Below are positions 40,747 through 52,800 of a stretch of 64,000 nucleotides of DNA, in pieces. The position numbers and the translations under genes were made by a program. How positions within the stretch are numbered: the first letter of the stretch is position 1; each line of letters opens with the position of its first letter. The stretch comes from Spirogloea muscicola (Eukaryota): the NCBI GenBank assembly GCA_009602725.1, contig WELB01000020.1:371116-435115 (forward strand). Reading direction: 5' to 3'. The notes under the pieces were generated by a model. That model saw only the letters and a list, made by a program, of their open reading frames with translations. It searched no databases and had not been told where the DNA came from.

Positions 40747-43700
40747 ATGTCGTCGCTCAGCGCTGCCGCACTCCCTGGGCTCGCGGACACTGTATGGGGC
40801 CAGAAGGATCTACGGCCCAAGTTTCCGAAGCTGGAGAAGAACGAGGTGGCTGATGTCGTCGTCGTGGGCGCGGGCATTGCTGGGCTGAGCATTGCTTACA
40901 ACCTCGTGCGCTCTGGCAAGTCCGTTGTGGTCCTTGAGTACCGCGTGCGAGGTAAGCAACATCCACCAATTCGGTTCAGTTTTGCTGTGGATGCTCCACA
41001 CTCTTGCTAAGGCCAAGGGCTTGCTTTACTTGTCGCAAAGTACATGCTGGCGAAGCTCCATCATGATCCAGTACTAAGAAATGAATCAAGAAGAAACTGT
41101 CAAGCTCAAAGACGGCAGAAGGCCCAAAGAAACTCCATGGTATTATGATGGCTGCTTGCCGTGTGCCTGTTCTTGCCTGATGGAGCAGCATGATTCAGCT
41201 CATGAGTGGCAGGTCATGCTCATGAGGCAGGCTAGGTTAGCTTGAGTATGAATGTTTGTGATGATAACATTGTAGGTATGACAGGACATCATACTGCACT
41301 CGAGCTGCTTGCAGGGGCTGGTCAGACGGGTCGGACCACGGCGCACCTGATGCCATGGAACGACGACTACTACTACATGCTAGAGAAGGAGTTTGGGACC
41401 TCCAAGACATGGCTTGTTGGTGATAGCCACCGGCAGGCCATTGACTGGATTGAGCGTGTCTGCAAGGAAGAGGGCATTGACTGCAACTTCAAGCGCTTGG
41501 ATGGTTATTTGTTTGCAAATGATGACAGCAGTGACACGCTGCAGAAGCTCCAGCAGGTCATAATTGCCCACAGTTGCTTCTATGTTTGCTAAACCAGGAT
41601 AGCTGTGGACACAAGTGTGCTAGCAGCGTGCGGCATATGCTCAGACTCTGGAAGGCGATTCACAGCTGCACATGTGGCACTTTGGTGAATGCTGCTATGC
41701 CTTACCAAGCATTGCCTGCGCAAGCCATGGCTGGGAGCAGGAGTTTGAGGCAAGCAAGCGCGCCGGTCATGAGGACATCACCATGGAGGTCTTTGATGGC
41801 AAGGATCCCTCGCTCGGCAAGATGACCCATGCCGTCCGCTTTCCAAGGGCTGCAGACTTCCACCCTCTCATGTATGTAGACTCTGAGGGGCTGACACTCT
41901 GTGGGTCATGCTTGAAGGTCTGGGCAATGCACAGGCACAGGAGCAGCTGCCCATCCTAATACTTACAGTCTGGACTCAGGTCTAAGATGACATGGCCCTT
42001 TACATGCCCTTGCAGAAGGGTGCCAATACGAGGCACTTATGCAAGTCATCAATGCATGCTCAAATTTCAAAATTGGTAGCCCTTGTAGGACTCCGTGGGC
42101 TGGGCATACTAGTGTCAAAGCTTCGTTAATTGGTGGTTTACAGCATGCTTCCCTCCTCGTGGCAGGTATATTGATGGGCTGGCAGACGCATTTGTTAGAC
42201 ATGGGGGCAAGATATTTGAGCAGAGCAGAGTGAAGAGCCAGGAGAACAGCAGCGTGACAACCGAGGATGGTTTCCGTGTGGATGCCAAGGACGTGGTGCT
42301 CGCTACCAACTCACCAATCAACCACAACCTGGCCATACACGCCCGCCAGGCGGCGTATCGCAGCTATGTCGTGGGGCTACGCGTGGCCAAGGGCTCTACC
42401 AAGTAAGAGGTAGATGTAATGTTGAGGCTTATGCTTGCTGTAGGCCATGTGAAGAGGAAAGCTTTTGATAAACTGCCGCTGAGTGACAAGTGCTCCAGGT
42501 GCTCCAACTATAGGCACTTTGTGTCAATGCAGCTGTCAGTGCACGAACTAAACGAGCCCATTCCACCTGAAAAATTGTTATATGCATTTGCATTGTATAG
42601 TGATAGCTGGATGGAGACAGTGCAATGCATAAGTCATGACTGGCATGACTCAAGCCATGAAAGTCTGAATCTCAAGAGTAACGTGGCCATTCTGCCCCAG
42701 GTCGGCGGATTGGTGGAGCACGGCATCACCATACCACTACGTGCGGATTGAGGAGAAGGCTGATCATGACGTGCTGGTCGTTGGTGGAGGCGACCATCCT
42801 TGCGGCGCGCGACAAGACTCGTACCCCAATGTATGGAATGATCTCGAAGAGTGGGCTCGGTCGCGGTGGTCACATGCCGGGGAAGTGCTCTACCGCTGGA
42901 GTGGGGAGGTATTGCACTCGGTCACTGGGCATGCACTTGCCCAACTTCATTGAGATGTTGAGATGTAACTGCCGCTGCACAGAGTGCCTAGCCAGGCTTT
43001 TGGAACCAGCCATGCTCTGCAGTGTCATGTGTAATACTGTAACGAGGACAGGATGATGGTTGAATTGCGTCCAACACTTGGCCTCTTGTACTGCATAGGT
43101 TTATGAACCCATTGACAAGCTCCACCTACTTGGACGAGATCCTCTTCACCCCCCAGGCAACACGTACATTGCAACGGGTATCTTTCCGTCAAGCTGGGCA
43201 GCACAGATCACAAGAGTGCTCCTTGATAATCATGTTTGCTGCAGCTTAGAGAAGCCACGGCTTCTTTCGCCCACACATGCTGTTAGTGACCGGGGTCTCA
43301 ACTTGTGCTTTGTCCAACAAGCCAAGCTCTGTGCAGGGTGCATGAGGCTCAATGTCTTCAGCAAGGTCGGCATGCAGGGGACAGCGGTGAGGGCATGACA
43401 GGAGGCACCATCGCAGGAATGGTCATCAGCGACCTCATCAGTGGGAGAAATAACCCGTGGGCAGAGCTGTACGACCCTACCAGGCTTCCTCCTCTATCCA
43501 TGGAGACGGCACAAAGTGAGGGTGAAGTGGCGATGCACACAATGCAGGTAAAACATCAACCATCACTTAGTCTGCTGTGACAGAGGCAACTTCTATAAGG
43601 ATGCATCTGATGAGCTATACTAGCTGATATTGCCCTTTTCATACTCGTATGTGTCACTAAATCTCAGCTGAGTGTTGCAATGGGTGCAGGGTTACTCGGA

Positions 43701-44131
43701 TGTCCTACCTGGGAAGGGAACTGACATTGCAGCAATTGAGGACCTTGTACCTTGCTCTGGTGGTATTATGCAACAGGGGCTGAAGAAGGTCGCTGTATAC
43801 AAAGATGAGAGTGGCACTGTCCACCGTCGGTCTGGTACGTGAATCACAAATTGGCTGAGCATCCTGCTCTAAGTGGGATTTCCAGCAGAACTGCAGGCTA
43901 TTGCTGTTAGTACACCTAGTTTGCTTTGGTAATCAGAAGAGTGCAAGTTGGTACTTAGTAGTATGATCCTAATGAAAATTCTGTTATGCAGCGGTGTGCC
44001 CCCACATGAAGTGCATAGTCCAATGGAATCCCCTGGAGAAGACTTTCGATTGCCCTTGCCATGGCTCGGCCTTTGATCCTTACGGTCGCATGATCAATGG
44101 CCCAGCCAAAGCTGACCTTTCTCCCATCTAA
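40747..44131 (+). CDS. FAD-dependent oxidoreductase-Rieske fusion, YhfW-like, copy 2 (5' end uncertain)
   Basis: Motifs DVVVVGAGIAG, GAGQTGRTTAHLMPWNDDYY, DFHPLM and GDSGEGMTGGTIAG. Rieske boxes CPHMKC and FDCPCHGS. TAA at 44129-44131. About 9 exons. Confidence 0.9.
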
Positions 44132-44687
44132 GCAGCCCATTGATCAGGCCTTATCAGCACTCTCACAGCAGTAGACCTGTTCTCAGAAGCCAACTAGTCT
44201 GGTCCGCCAGCTGAGCGTGACTATCAACAAGCGTCTCAGCCGACGCATATTGCACAACTCTCAGGCTCGCCATTGTAGCAAACATGCTCGCACCATGCGG
44301 TGGTAGGAATATATATGGAACATTGTGGAGTAGATACTTCACACCTTCAGACTTTGCACACAATGCCATCTAATGCACATTATAGTGAAGTCCTGACCTG
44401 CTAGGGATATGTGGTCGTGGACCACATTGGTTTCCCAACATGTTTGATTAGTACCCATCCTTCTCATCGCCGGTCGCTCCTGTCTCTCACATCGAAGCAC
44501 ATACTATGCCGTCGCTTTTCCGTCTGCCATTCGGTGGAGGTGGTGGTGCTCGCAACGAGCCTCACTGAGCCCCGCAGCGAAGCTCGCCGATGCATGCAGC
44601 ACATGGACACCGCCAGCAATTGGCTCGTGGTATGCATTCAATGCCAGCTTATAAAGGTCTGAGAGCGCGCGCCGCCCGCTCGGCTGC

Positions 44688-44726
<39 letters not shown>

Positions 44727-45932
44727 ATTGGCTGGTTGAGAAGGAAGACCATCAGCTAGCTTGTCATGGCGCCCTTCGGCCCCCGCCCTCCCCTCGCGCT
44801 CCGTCTCCCCTCTCCATTTTTAATTACCCCTCTCCCCGCTTTTACATGGAAGCCATTACCTATCCTCTGCCCGTCCGCAGGCTCCTCCCTCCCCTCGGGC
44901 CCCGCTCTCCCTCCCCTCGCCACTCCTCCAGCACCCCCCTCCCCTCAAACACCTCAATCCGTTACCAGGGCGCTCTCTTTTTCCCTTTCGAAGAGGGGAA
45001 GGTGAGGGCAGCGATATTGTCACAGGTCATCGCCCCGCCGACGCCGCCGCCGCCGCCGCCGAGAACGGCACCGGGAACGGCGCCGGGAATGGCGTCGGGG
45101 ATGGCGCCGGGAATGCCGCCACGCCGGGCGGCGGGCTGAGCGCCGCGGTGCGGCGCGCGGCAGTGCGCNNNNNNNNNNNNNNNNNNNNNNNNNNNNNNNN
45201 NNNNNNNNNNNNNNNNNNNNNNNNNNNNNNNNNNNNNNNNNNNNNNNNNNNNNNNNNNNNNNNNNNNNNNNNNNNNNNNNNNNNNNNNNNNNNNNNNNNN
45301 NNNNNNNNNNNNNNNNNNNNNNNNNNNNNNNNNNNNNNNNNNNNNNNNNNNNNNNNNNNNNNNNNNNNNNNNNNNNNNNNNNNNNNNNNNNNNNNNNNNN
45401 NNNNNNNNNNNNNNNNNNNNNNNNNNNNNNNNNNNNNNNNNNNNNNNNNNNNNNNNNNNNNNNNNNNNNNNNNNNNNNNNNNNNNNNNNNNNNNNNNNNN
45501 NNNNNNNNNNNNNNNNNNNNNNNNNNNNNNNNNNNNNNNNNNNNNNNNNNNNNNNNNNNNNNNNNNNNNNNNNNNNNNNNNNNNNNNNNNNNNNNNNNNN
45601 NNNNNNNNNNNNNNNNNNNNNNNNNNNNNNNNNNNNNNNNNNNNNNNNNNNNNNNNNNNNNNNNNNNNNNNNNNNNNNNNNNNNNNNNNNNNNNNNNNNN
45701 NNNNNNNNNNNNNNNNNNNNNNNNNNNNNNNNNNNNNNNNNNNNNNNNNNNNNNNNNNNNNNNNNNNNNNNNNNNNNNNNNNNNNNNNNNNNNNNNNNNN
45801 NNNNNNNNNNNNNNNNNNNNNNNNNNNNNNNNNNNNNNNNNNNNNNNNNNNNNNNNNNNNNNNNNNNNNNNNNNNNNNNNNNNNNNNNNNNNNNNNNNNN
45901 NNNNNNNNNNNNNNNNNNNNNNNNNNNNNNNN

Positions 45933-47774
45933 TACTCGACCGACGAGTTCCGCATGTTCAGCTTCAAGGTGCGCCCGTGCTCGCGCGCGTACAGCCACGA
46001 CTGGACCGAGTGCCCGTTCGTGCACCCCGGCGAGAACGCGCGCCGCCGCGACCCCCGCCGCTTCCACTACTCCTGCGTCCCCTGCCCCGACTTCCGCAAG
46101 GGCGCCTGCCGCCGCGGCGACGCCTGCGAGTACGCCCATGGCGTCTTCGAGTGCTGGCTGCACCCCGCGCAGTACCGCACCAGGTCCGTCGTCGGACCGC
46201 TCCCCACCTTGCCGTCTGCTCGCTGTGTGACGCCGTGGTCATTGCCTCCATAGGTCTGCTCATCGGCGCTGCGTCAGGTCAGGTGCCGGCGTCCTCATGA
46301 CTGGCAGAGCGCCGACCTTCCCATGTCACCACAGTTGCGGTCGTGCTACCAGCTGACTCCTTCCCTCCCTCCTCCCTCCAGGCTGTGCAAGGACGGCACG
46401 GGTTGTGCGCGGCGGGTGTGCTTCTTCGCGCACACGTCGGAGGAGCTGCGGCCGCTGTACTCAGCGGCCGGCACGGGCCTGGCAACGGCCATGGCGGCGG
46501 CGGCGGCGGCGTCGCCGCGCTCCACCTCGCCCATGGACATGCGCTCGCTGTCGCCGCCGCTGCCGCTGCAGCTCGTGGGCCCGGGCTCGCCAGGAGGCAG
46601 CAGCTGTGGCGGCTTGTCACCGCCCATGTCCCCGAGTGCTGCGGCTGCCGCTGCCGCGTCCCATCCACTGGGGGCCATGCTCGGCGGCGGTGGCGGCCCC
46701 CCCCCACCTCTGCACCTGCCGGCGGCGCTGGCGACCAGCCGCTTGCGTGCGGCGCTGCACGCCCGCGACCTCGCCGCGCAGGAGGAGGCCATCCAGCTCG
46801 AAGCCGACCTGCTCGCCGCCGAGTACTACCAGCTGTCGTCGCAGGCGCGTATGGTGGCCGCCACCAAGGCCGCTGCCGAGAGCTCAGCCGCCAGCAGCCC
46901 CACGGCAGCGGCAGCGGGAGGCAGGCGGGGCAAGGAAGCATATGCCAGCCTCGGCCTGCAGATTCCTCCGCCGCTCGGCGGTGCGGCCGGCGGCAGCGCT
47001 GGCGGCCTCGACGACTACTACCTGGACAGCCTGCAGCGCGCACCCAATAGCCCGCTGAGCCCCTCAGCGCACCGTGCTTTCTCGCCCTTCTCGCCTGTGA
47101 GCTCCAATGGCGGAGGCGGCGGCGGCGGCGCACCCACGGCCGCAGGCTCCCTGCGGCGCTACAACAGCGCCACCTTTGACCATCTGGACTCGCGCTTGCC
47201 AATCGGCGGCAATGGCAGCGGGGGTGGTGGCGGCGGCGGGCTACACGGGGCAGGGGCGCTGCCACTATCACCTGTTTCGGCCACTACTGCGCACTCGGCG
47301 GTGACGGCGGCGCTCAGCGCACGCCGCACAGCATCTGTGCGGCGGACCGGCAGCAGCGCCGCGTCGGCGGCTGCAGACTGGGCCAGCCCCCGGGAGCGGG
47401 AGCGCGCTGCGTCGCCCCTCAGCGGGGGCGGCGGCAGCAGCCGCAAGGCTGGCGTCAGTGGCCACGTCGAGTGGGTCAGCACAGCGGTGGTTGGAGGAGC
47501 GACGGCCAGTATGCTGAGCCCATCCCGACGATCGGCAGAATGGGCCTATCCGGCCAGCAGATCAGACTGGGGTGTCGAGAAGGGCAGTGCGGCCCTGCCT
47601 CAAACACCACCAGCAGCAGCGACCGGCGGCGGCGGCGGCGGCACAGCTGGAGGTGGGGGGGGTCACGGCGGTGGCGGCCATGCCTTCCGTCGCACTGCGT
47701 CGCTGCCACTGAAGAGCGTGCTGCCCGAGGAGCCAGACCTATCCTGGGTGCAGAAGCTCGTCAAGGAGGGCTAG
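45933..47774 (+). CDS. Plant arginine-rich tandem CCCH zinc-finger protein (RR-TZF family), 5'-partial at the gap; intron 46184-46381
   Basis: [59 protein letters not shown] and [22 protein letters not shown]-terminal [11 protein letters not shown] motif. Confidence 0.93.
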
Positions 47775-49479
47775 CCTGGTACATGCCGGCGCTACTCCGG
47801 ACCAAGTCCAAGACTGTGCCGGTGGCGGACCTTGCTTGTACAGGAGCAGCGGGCATTGCTTGCAGCCGCACAATGTCGGGCGCCAGCCAGCAGGAGGATA
47901 TGATTGTCTTTGGGTCCCATCCAAAACTTCCTTTTGGCCCGGCCTTCTCATTGCAGTTACTGCAATGCGCGCTTTTACCTTGCCAACAATTAGCTTGCTA
48001 GAGTGAACCTTGCCGCCCTTGTCCTGAAGCAGCAAGCCACGTAGACGGGCCCGCTGCAAGCAACAGGAGGCGTTTCTCTGGGCTTTTCAATGCCTCTTGC
48101 GAGGGCAGGTTAGTCCTCCTCTGTCCATTCCTTATGCATGCCAAATTGCACTATTGCTACAATGTCTGTCGTAACGCTCATTATATGTATCGTAGATCCG
48201 CACAAGAGATCCTGATCAGTTACTATTGCGTACACATGAAGGTGCTTGTTGAGTATTGTCGGCTGGTCAAGTCCGTCTTTACGGTCTGACTGGACAATGT
48301 CTAGTGAGCCTTTATTGAACAACTCATGGGCTATAGAAGAAGCATGTTGCAACAGATGACTCCCACTCATGAGGTGATAATGCGCCTGATGTTGCAGCAG
48401 GAACAGTCACCAATAGTATTAGGATCTCTGTGAAGGCAGAATGTGTCATTGGGAGAGTGACAAGGGGGGAAAATGCTGCGGGCTGCCATTGTTGTTGCTG
48501 CTTGCCGCTACAGACGCTGCCTACCACTCATCTCTGTACCAAGAATATGTCTCATTCCAATTCTTTCATTATCCCTCATTCAGGCTGCTGCCCCTGCTTG
48601 CTCTATTCTTTAGCAAATTATCTGGCCTAGCCAGATCATATCACCTTTTTTCAATTAGCGTGGCAAGCAACATGGGTTTGTAGCTGCAGTGCTTGCTTCA
48701 GATTTGACTGCCCCTCTCCTGCGGCTCTTGTTGACTTAATTTGTGATGTGCAACCTGGCTGACTGCAAATGCGTGTCAGTAAATTTCTCTTGTTCCTTCA
48801 AAGGGTCCAATATCCCGAGTGCCCAAGTCCCTGGCGCGTTTGCTATAGCGGGCTGTGGGGGTGCCAGGACATTGAAATTGGTTGGGTTTGGGCGCATGTG
48901 CTGTCTGAGAAGCAAGCTTGATGCCTTATGTTGTATCACATCTGCCTACTATCCATGTATGCCAGGTGACCGTCATGATGCTTGTAGGTAGTACACCTGA
49001 AGCCCAGTGTGATCAATGCAAGCTTAGTACAAGCAATGCCTCAACTTGGAGAGAAATTTGTGACAGACCATCGCTTGAGGACCAGGTGTGCTACTGTTTG
49101 CAGTCTCTAGTCGGAGTTGAATGCAGCATCTCTTGTAGATGTACGAAATTGCGCCCTTGGTATGTCATGATGTTGCTAAGCTAAGAGGGTCGTTGAAGAC
49201 GTCTTTGATCACATATGAAGATGTTACAAGACCCAAACATACAGATCCCATACGGTGACCAAGCTCAAGAAGATTCGTTCAGTGCCGGTTTGCAGTAAAT
49301 CTCGAGGGTTTGAAATGGGCTGACGGACAATTGTGTGCACGAAGGCGCAAGCGCCGTTTGAAGGGAGAGGCTATCCTCTCCGAAGCGCGTCTGCCGTCTA
49401 GTATCGTTCGTCGATCGCCGTCAACGTTGAGGTTGCAGCGTTTGACGGCGGGCCCTTTCGGGATGCGAGCGCGCCGCCG

Positions 49480-49549
49480 CACGTGCTAGCGGTTGCCGGC
49501 CGGCGGCCTCGGCGCGCCGCGGACGCACGTGTGCCGGCCGCCACGTGGC
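49480..49549 (+). promoter_or_regulatory. G-box cluster upstream of the pyruvate kinase
   Basis: cacgtg at 49480, cacgtg at 49526 and gccacgtggc at 49540, within 70 bp and ~350 bp before the ATG. Confidence 0.45.
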
Positions 49550-49832
49550 GTAAGCCGGCGGCGCGCCCCCCCCCCCCCCAGGCCCCCTCCTTCGTTCCGG
49601 CCATCTGCAGATGTGGGTAGGCATACTTTTGCCCTCCCCAATCCAAATCTGGAGATGTGTAGACTCTTTGGCCCATCGCCCCAGCTGGGCTGGCTTTTCA
49701 CCAGCCTCGAAGACCATCACTTCCAAGCTTGCTCGTGGTCGCTCAGCTCGTTTAGCTTGGAAGCCAAGCGGCCGTCTCCCAAACCGCCGCCAGAGACACC
49801 GCCCGTTTACCCCCGTCACCGCCGCCGCTGCC

Positions 49833-49863
<31 letters not shown>

Positions 49864-49894
49864 CCGGCGGCTCAGCTCAGCGCTCTGGCGCGGG

Positions 49895-52800
49895 ATGGCG
49901 GCGACCGCAGGCTTGCATTCGGCGCCCAGTCGCATCCTCCCGCCGCCGAGGGGCCGGCAGGTATTCCGCCATCTCTGCGGCCAGGCTTCTGGCTGCTCGT
50001 TGGACTCGACGGTGATGCCAGCTATTGATCCGCCCCGCTGATGTGATTGTGTTGAAGAGAATCTCTGCTGCTCGTTCTATATTCCCGTCCCTTGCATCCT
50101 TGAACTCCCCTAAAGCTAACGCCATGTGCTTAAAATCACAAGTCCTGGTGATGGTTCAATTGATCGTCTTCCACAGTCCAAAATGACAAGCAAAGTTCCA
50201 TCAAAGCTGCAGCATTCATCATGCCAACCCCTTGATGTCTGCGCAGACCTTGATTGCCTCATTGACAGTTGCTTTCTCATTACGTGCCTCTGCATTGTTG
50301 GTTGCAGCACTTTGTTGCAGCTTCTTGTCTTCAGCGCGTGAATCTTATGGACTTAAAGCATTGTGGGATTGCAACAGTAGAGACGTACTGCTGGTGAGAC
50401 CACCAATACAAACCTCATCGCAATATTTCGGTCATAGTGTCAGGATTTGTACAAGAGCTTTTAGTTGCAATAGACCCTGAAGCCAGGGACACACACAAGT
50501 ACAATTGACTTGGGTTAGTAATAGTGTCTGTTTGCTTCTATTCCGGCCTAACGAAGATAAAAGCTGTGCAACGGGATGCAGCAGTTACAACGAGAAGAGA
50601 CGCCTATCTGCTGATAGGCGTCTGATAGCTGATCTGACAAAGAGCGGCGGGCAGCTTGGCCGGGCGTCACTCCCATCCAAATTCAGGTCCTTACGAGGAT
50701 TATATCACTGCCAGGCGCTTACGCACATGACTGTTTGTGTTTGACCCGGGCGTGACTGGAAGTATATCTCACTGCATCCCTTCACGAGCTTCTTGATGAT
50801 GGAAATCAGCAATTTGTCAATTGAAGGTATGATGCTGAGTGTTGTTGGTTATCTTGCAGGTTGCAGAGACCAGATATCCTTGGACGTGCTTCAGGCTTGC
50901 AAGAAGTCCCTCTGGCTTTTCAAACAGCGCGCTGTAGAATAGAGCAGACGGAAGTACAAACTGCAATTAATGGCAGCATCAGTAGCAAGCAGGCAAGGGC
51001 TGAAGCCGATGTTATGCAGGAAGCAGCATTGGGAATTCTTAAGAAGGCAGTAACTTTGTCAGAGCCAGTATCCCCAAAGAAGGCCAAAGCTAGTATCAAA
51101 GACAACACCAAGTCGAGCTTGCAACTGCTTCAAGCGGAGGAGCTTGTTGACAATGAAATGGCAAGGAGCAGGACAACACACAGCCCTGCAGATGATGCAC
51201 TGCACGAGGCACACCACCAGAAGCTTGCAGAGTTAGTGGATGAACTGCAGCTTATCAGAGCTCATGCTCTTGACTTGGAACAGCGATACAGCTCTTACTT
51301 AAAGGGAGCTCGTAGGTTGATGACTAACCTTCTCACCACGTGATCATTGAACCTGTTGATAAAGTGCAACAGTGTGATGAGCAGCCTATTGTCTGCTGAT
51401 AGATCAAGATTTTGCCATCAATCGTCTTGCCTGTATGTCTATCTTGACATCAACTAGATAGTATCATAAATTGTTTGCCCAATCAAGATGACTTTTTGCT
51501 CGTACTGCATCTTCAGTCGCTATCGAGAAAGTGCGCGCAACCTGATACATTATATTGCTCTTCGCAACCGTGACATACGTATGCTTCAATCGGTATGACC
51601 ACCCTTATCAATGACTCTAGCCAGCCAGATTCAGAACATGCTGTCTTTAGAGGTCAAGTAGGGCAAGCCTCTCCTTGGAAAAGGTGCCCATATTTAGCTG
51701 CTGTTGAGTAGTACCCCAGATGTCATTTAGGCACTCCATCACCTTGTAATCACTTAAACAACCACGTCAATGTATACTTATCATCCAACAGCAATGACCT
51801 GCATACAGAGGTTGGGAGATCTGGGCCTGTCTTCCCTTGGTCGTACAGAGGCACACACTCTTGCCTCCATCACTGCAGTTCTTAGAGTTCTCCACACACT
51901 GCTACATGATTACCCAAACGATAGTGTGAGTAACCCATCAATCCAACTCATCAGCAACAATGATGTGCGAATTGATAACTTCGCAACTGCCTGCCTGAGA
52001 TTATGCAATTTAGCAAGGGAAGTGTGTAAGACCACCAAATAACTCTATGCAACCTAGAGTCCTCCAGAGTGTCCTGTAAGTGCTAGGTCCTGCAGAACAT
52101 TTACAGCTGGCAGAGCCGATGACTGCAGCGACCTCAAGACTCCAAGAATGGAAAAGCCTCAGTGTCTCCTAGTGCAGCTCTCATTGAAGACACTCTTTTG
52201 AAGAGAGAAGTGCAAGTTGCACAAGAGCTGGAGGCTGTGGTCATGGGCTTCCAGGCTGGCGACAACTATCTGCATGCCAACACCCTGGACCTTTTGAAGG
52301 GGCCCCCTGTTGATGGACGCAAAACATACATTATGGTGACCCTGCCGTCAGAGGTAAAAATCTGAATCAAGCTTAACTGACTGCTTGTGGCACTGATCCT
52401 TGCACTCAAGCTATTAGTCAGAGAGGGTTGCCACGAACATCCTCAGTAATGATGAGTATACTAGCGGATCACTAACTTTTCCACAGAACCTGTGAACTTC
52501 AGAGGCAGTTTTTATTGGACAATATCTGAGCTGTGTATTTCTTGATCCGCGTTGTCAGGCAGCACACAATCCTAAGCTGATTGAGGGCCTTCTTGGTGCT
52601 GGCATGGATGTAGCTCGTGTAAATTGTGCTCACGACGCCCCTGAGATATGGAGAAGGATTGTTGACAACATTCGCTGCTGCAGGTTGATACACTGTTGGG
52701 CGAAAGTAGTATTGACATCTTTGTCGTTCCTGAGGATAAACTTGTGCAAGTTTAAATCTCTGGATACTGATCAGTAATATGTCATACGTTCTGCATAGCG

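Noticed and set aside
44690..45168. (GGC/GCC)n runs and short gggaatggcg-type repeats
   Set aside because: Common low-complexity features of GC-rich 5' gene ends in this window (also ~6085, ~21370, ~49820), with no specific structure.
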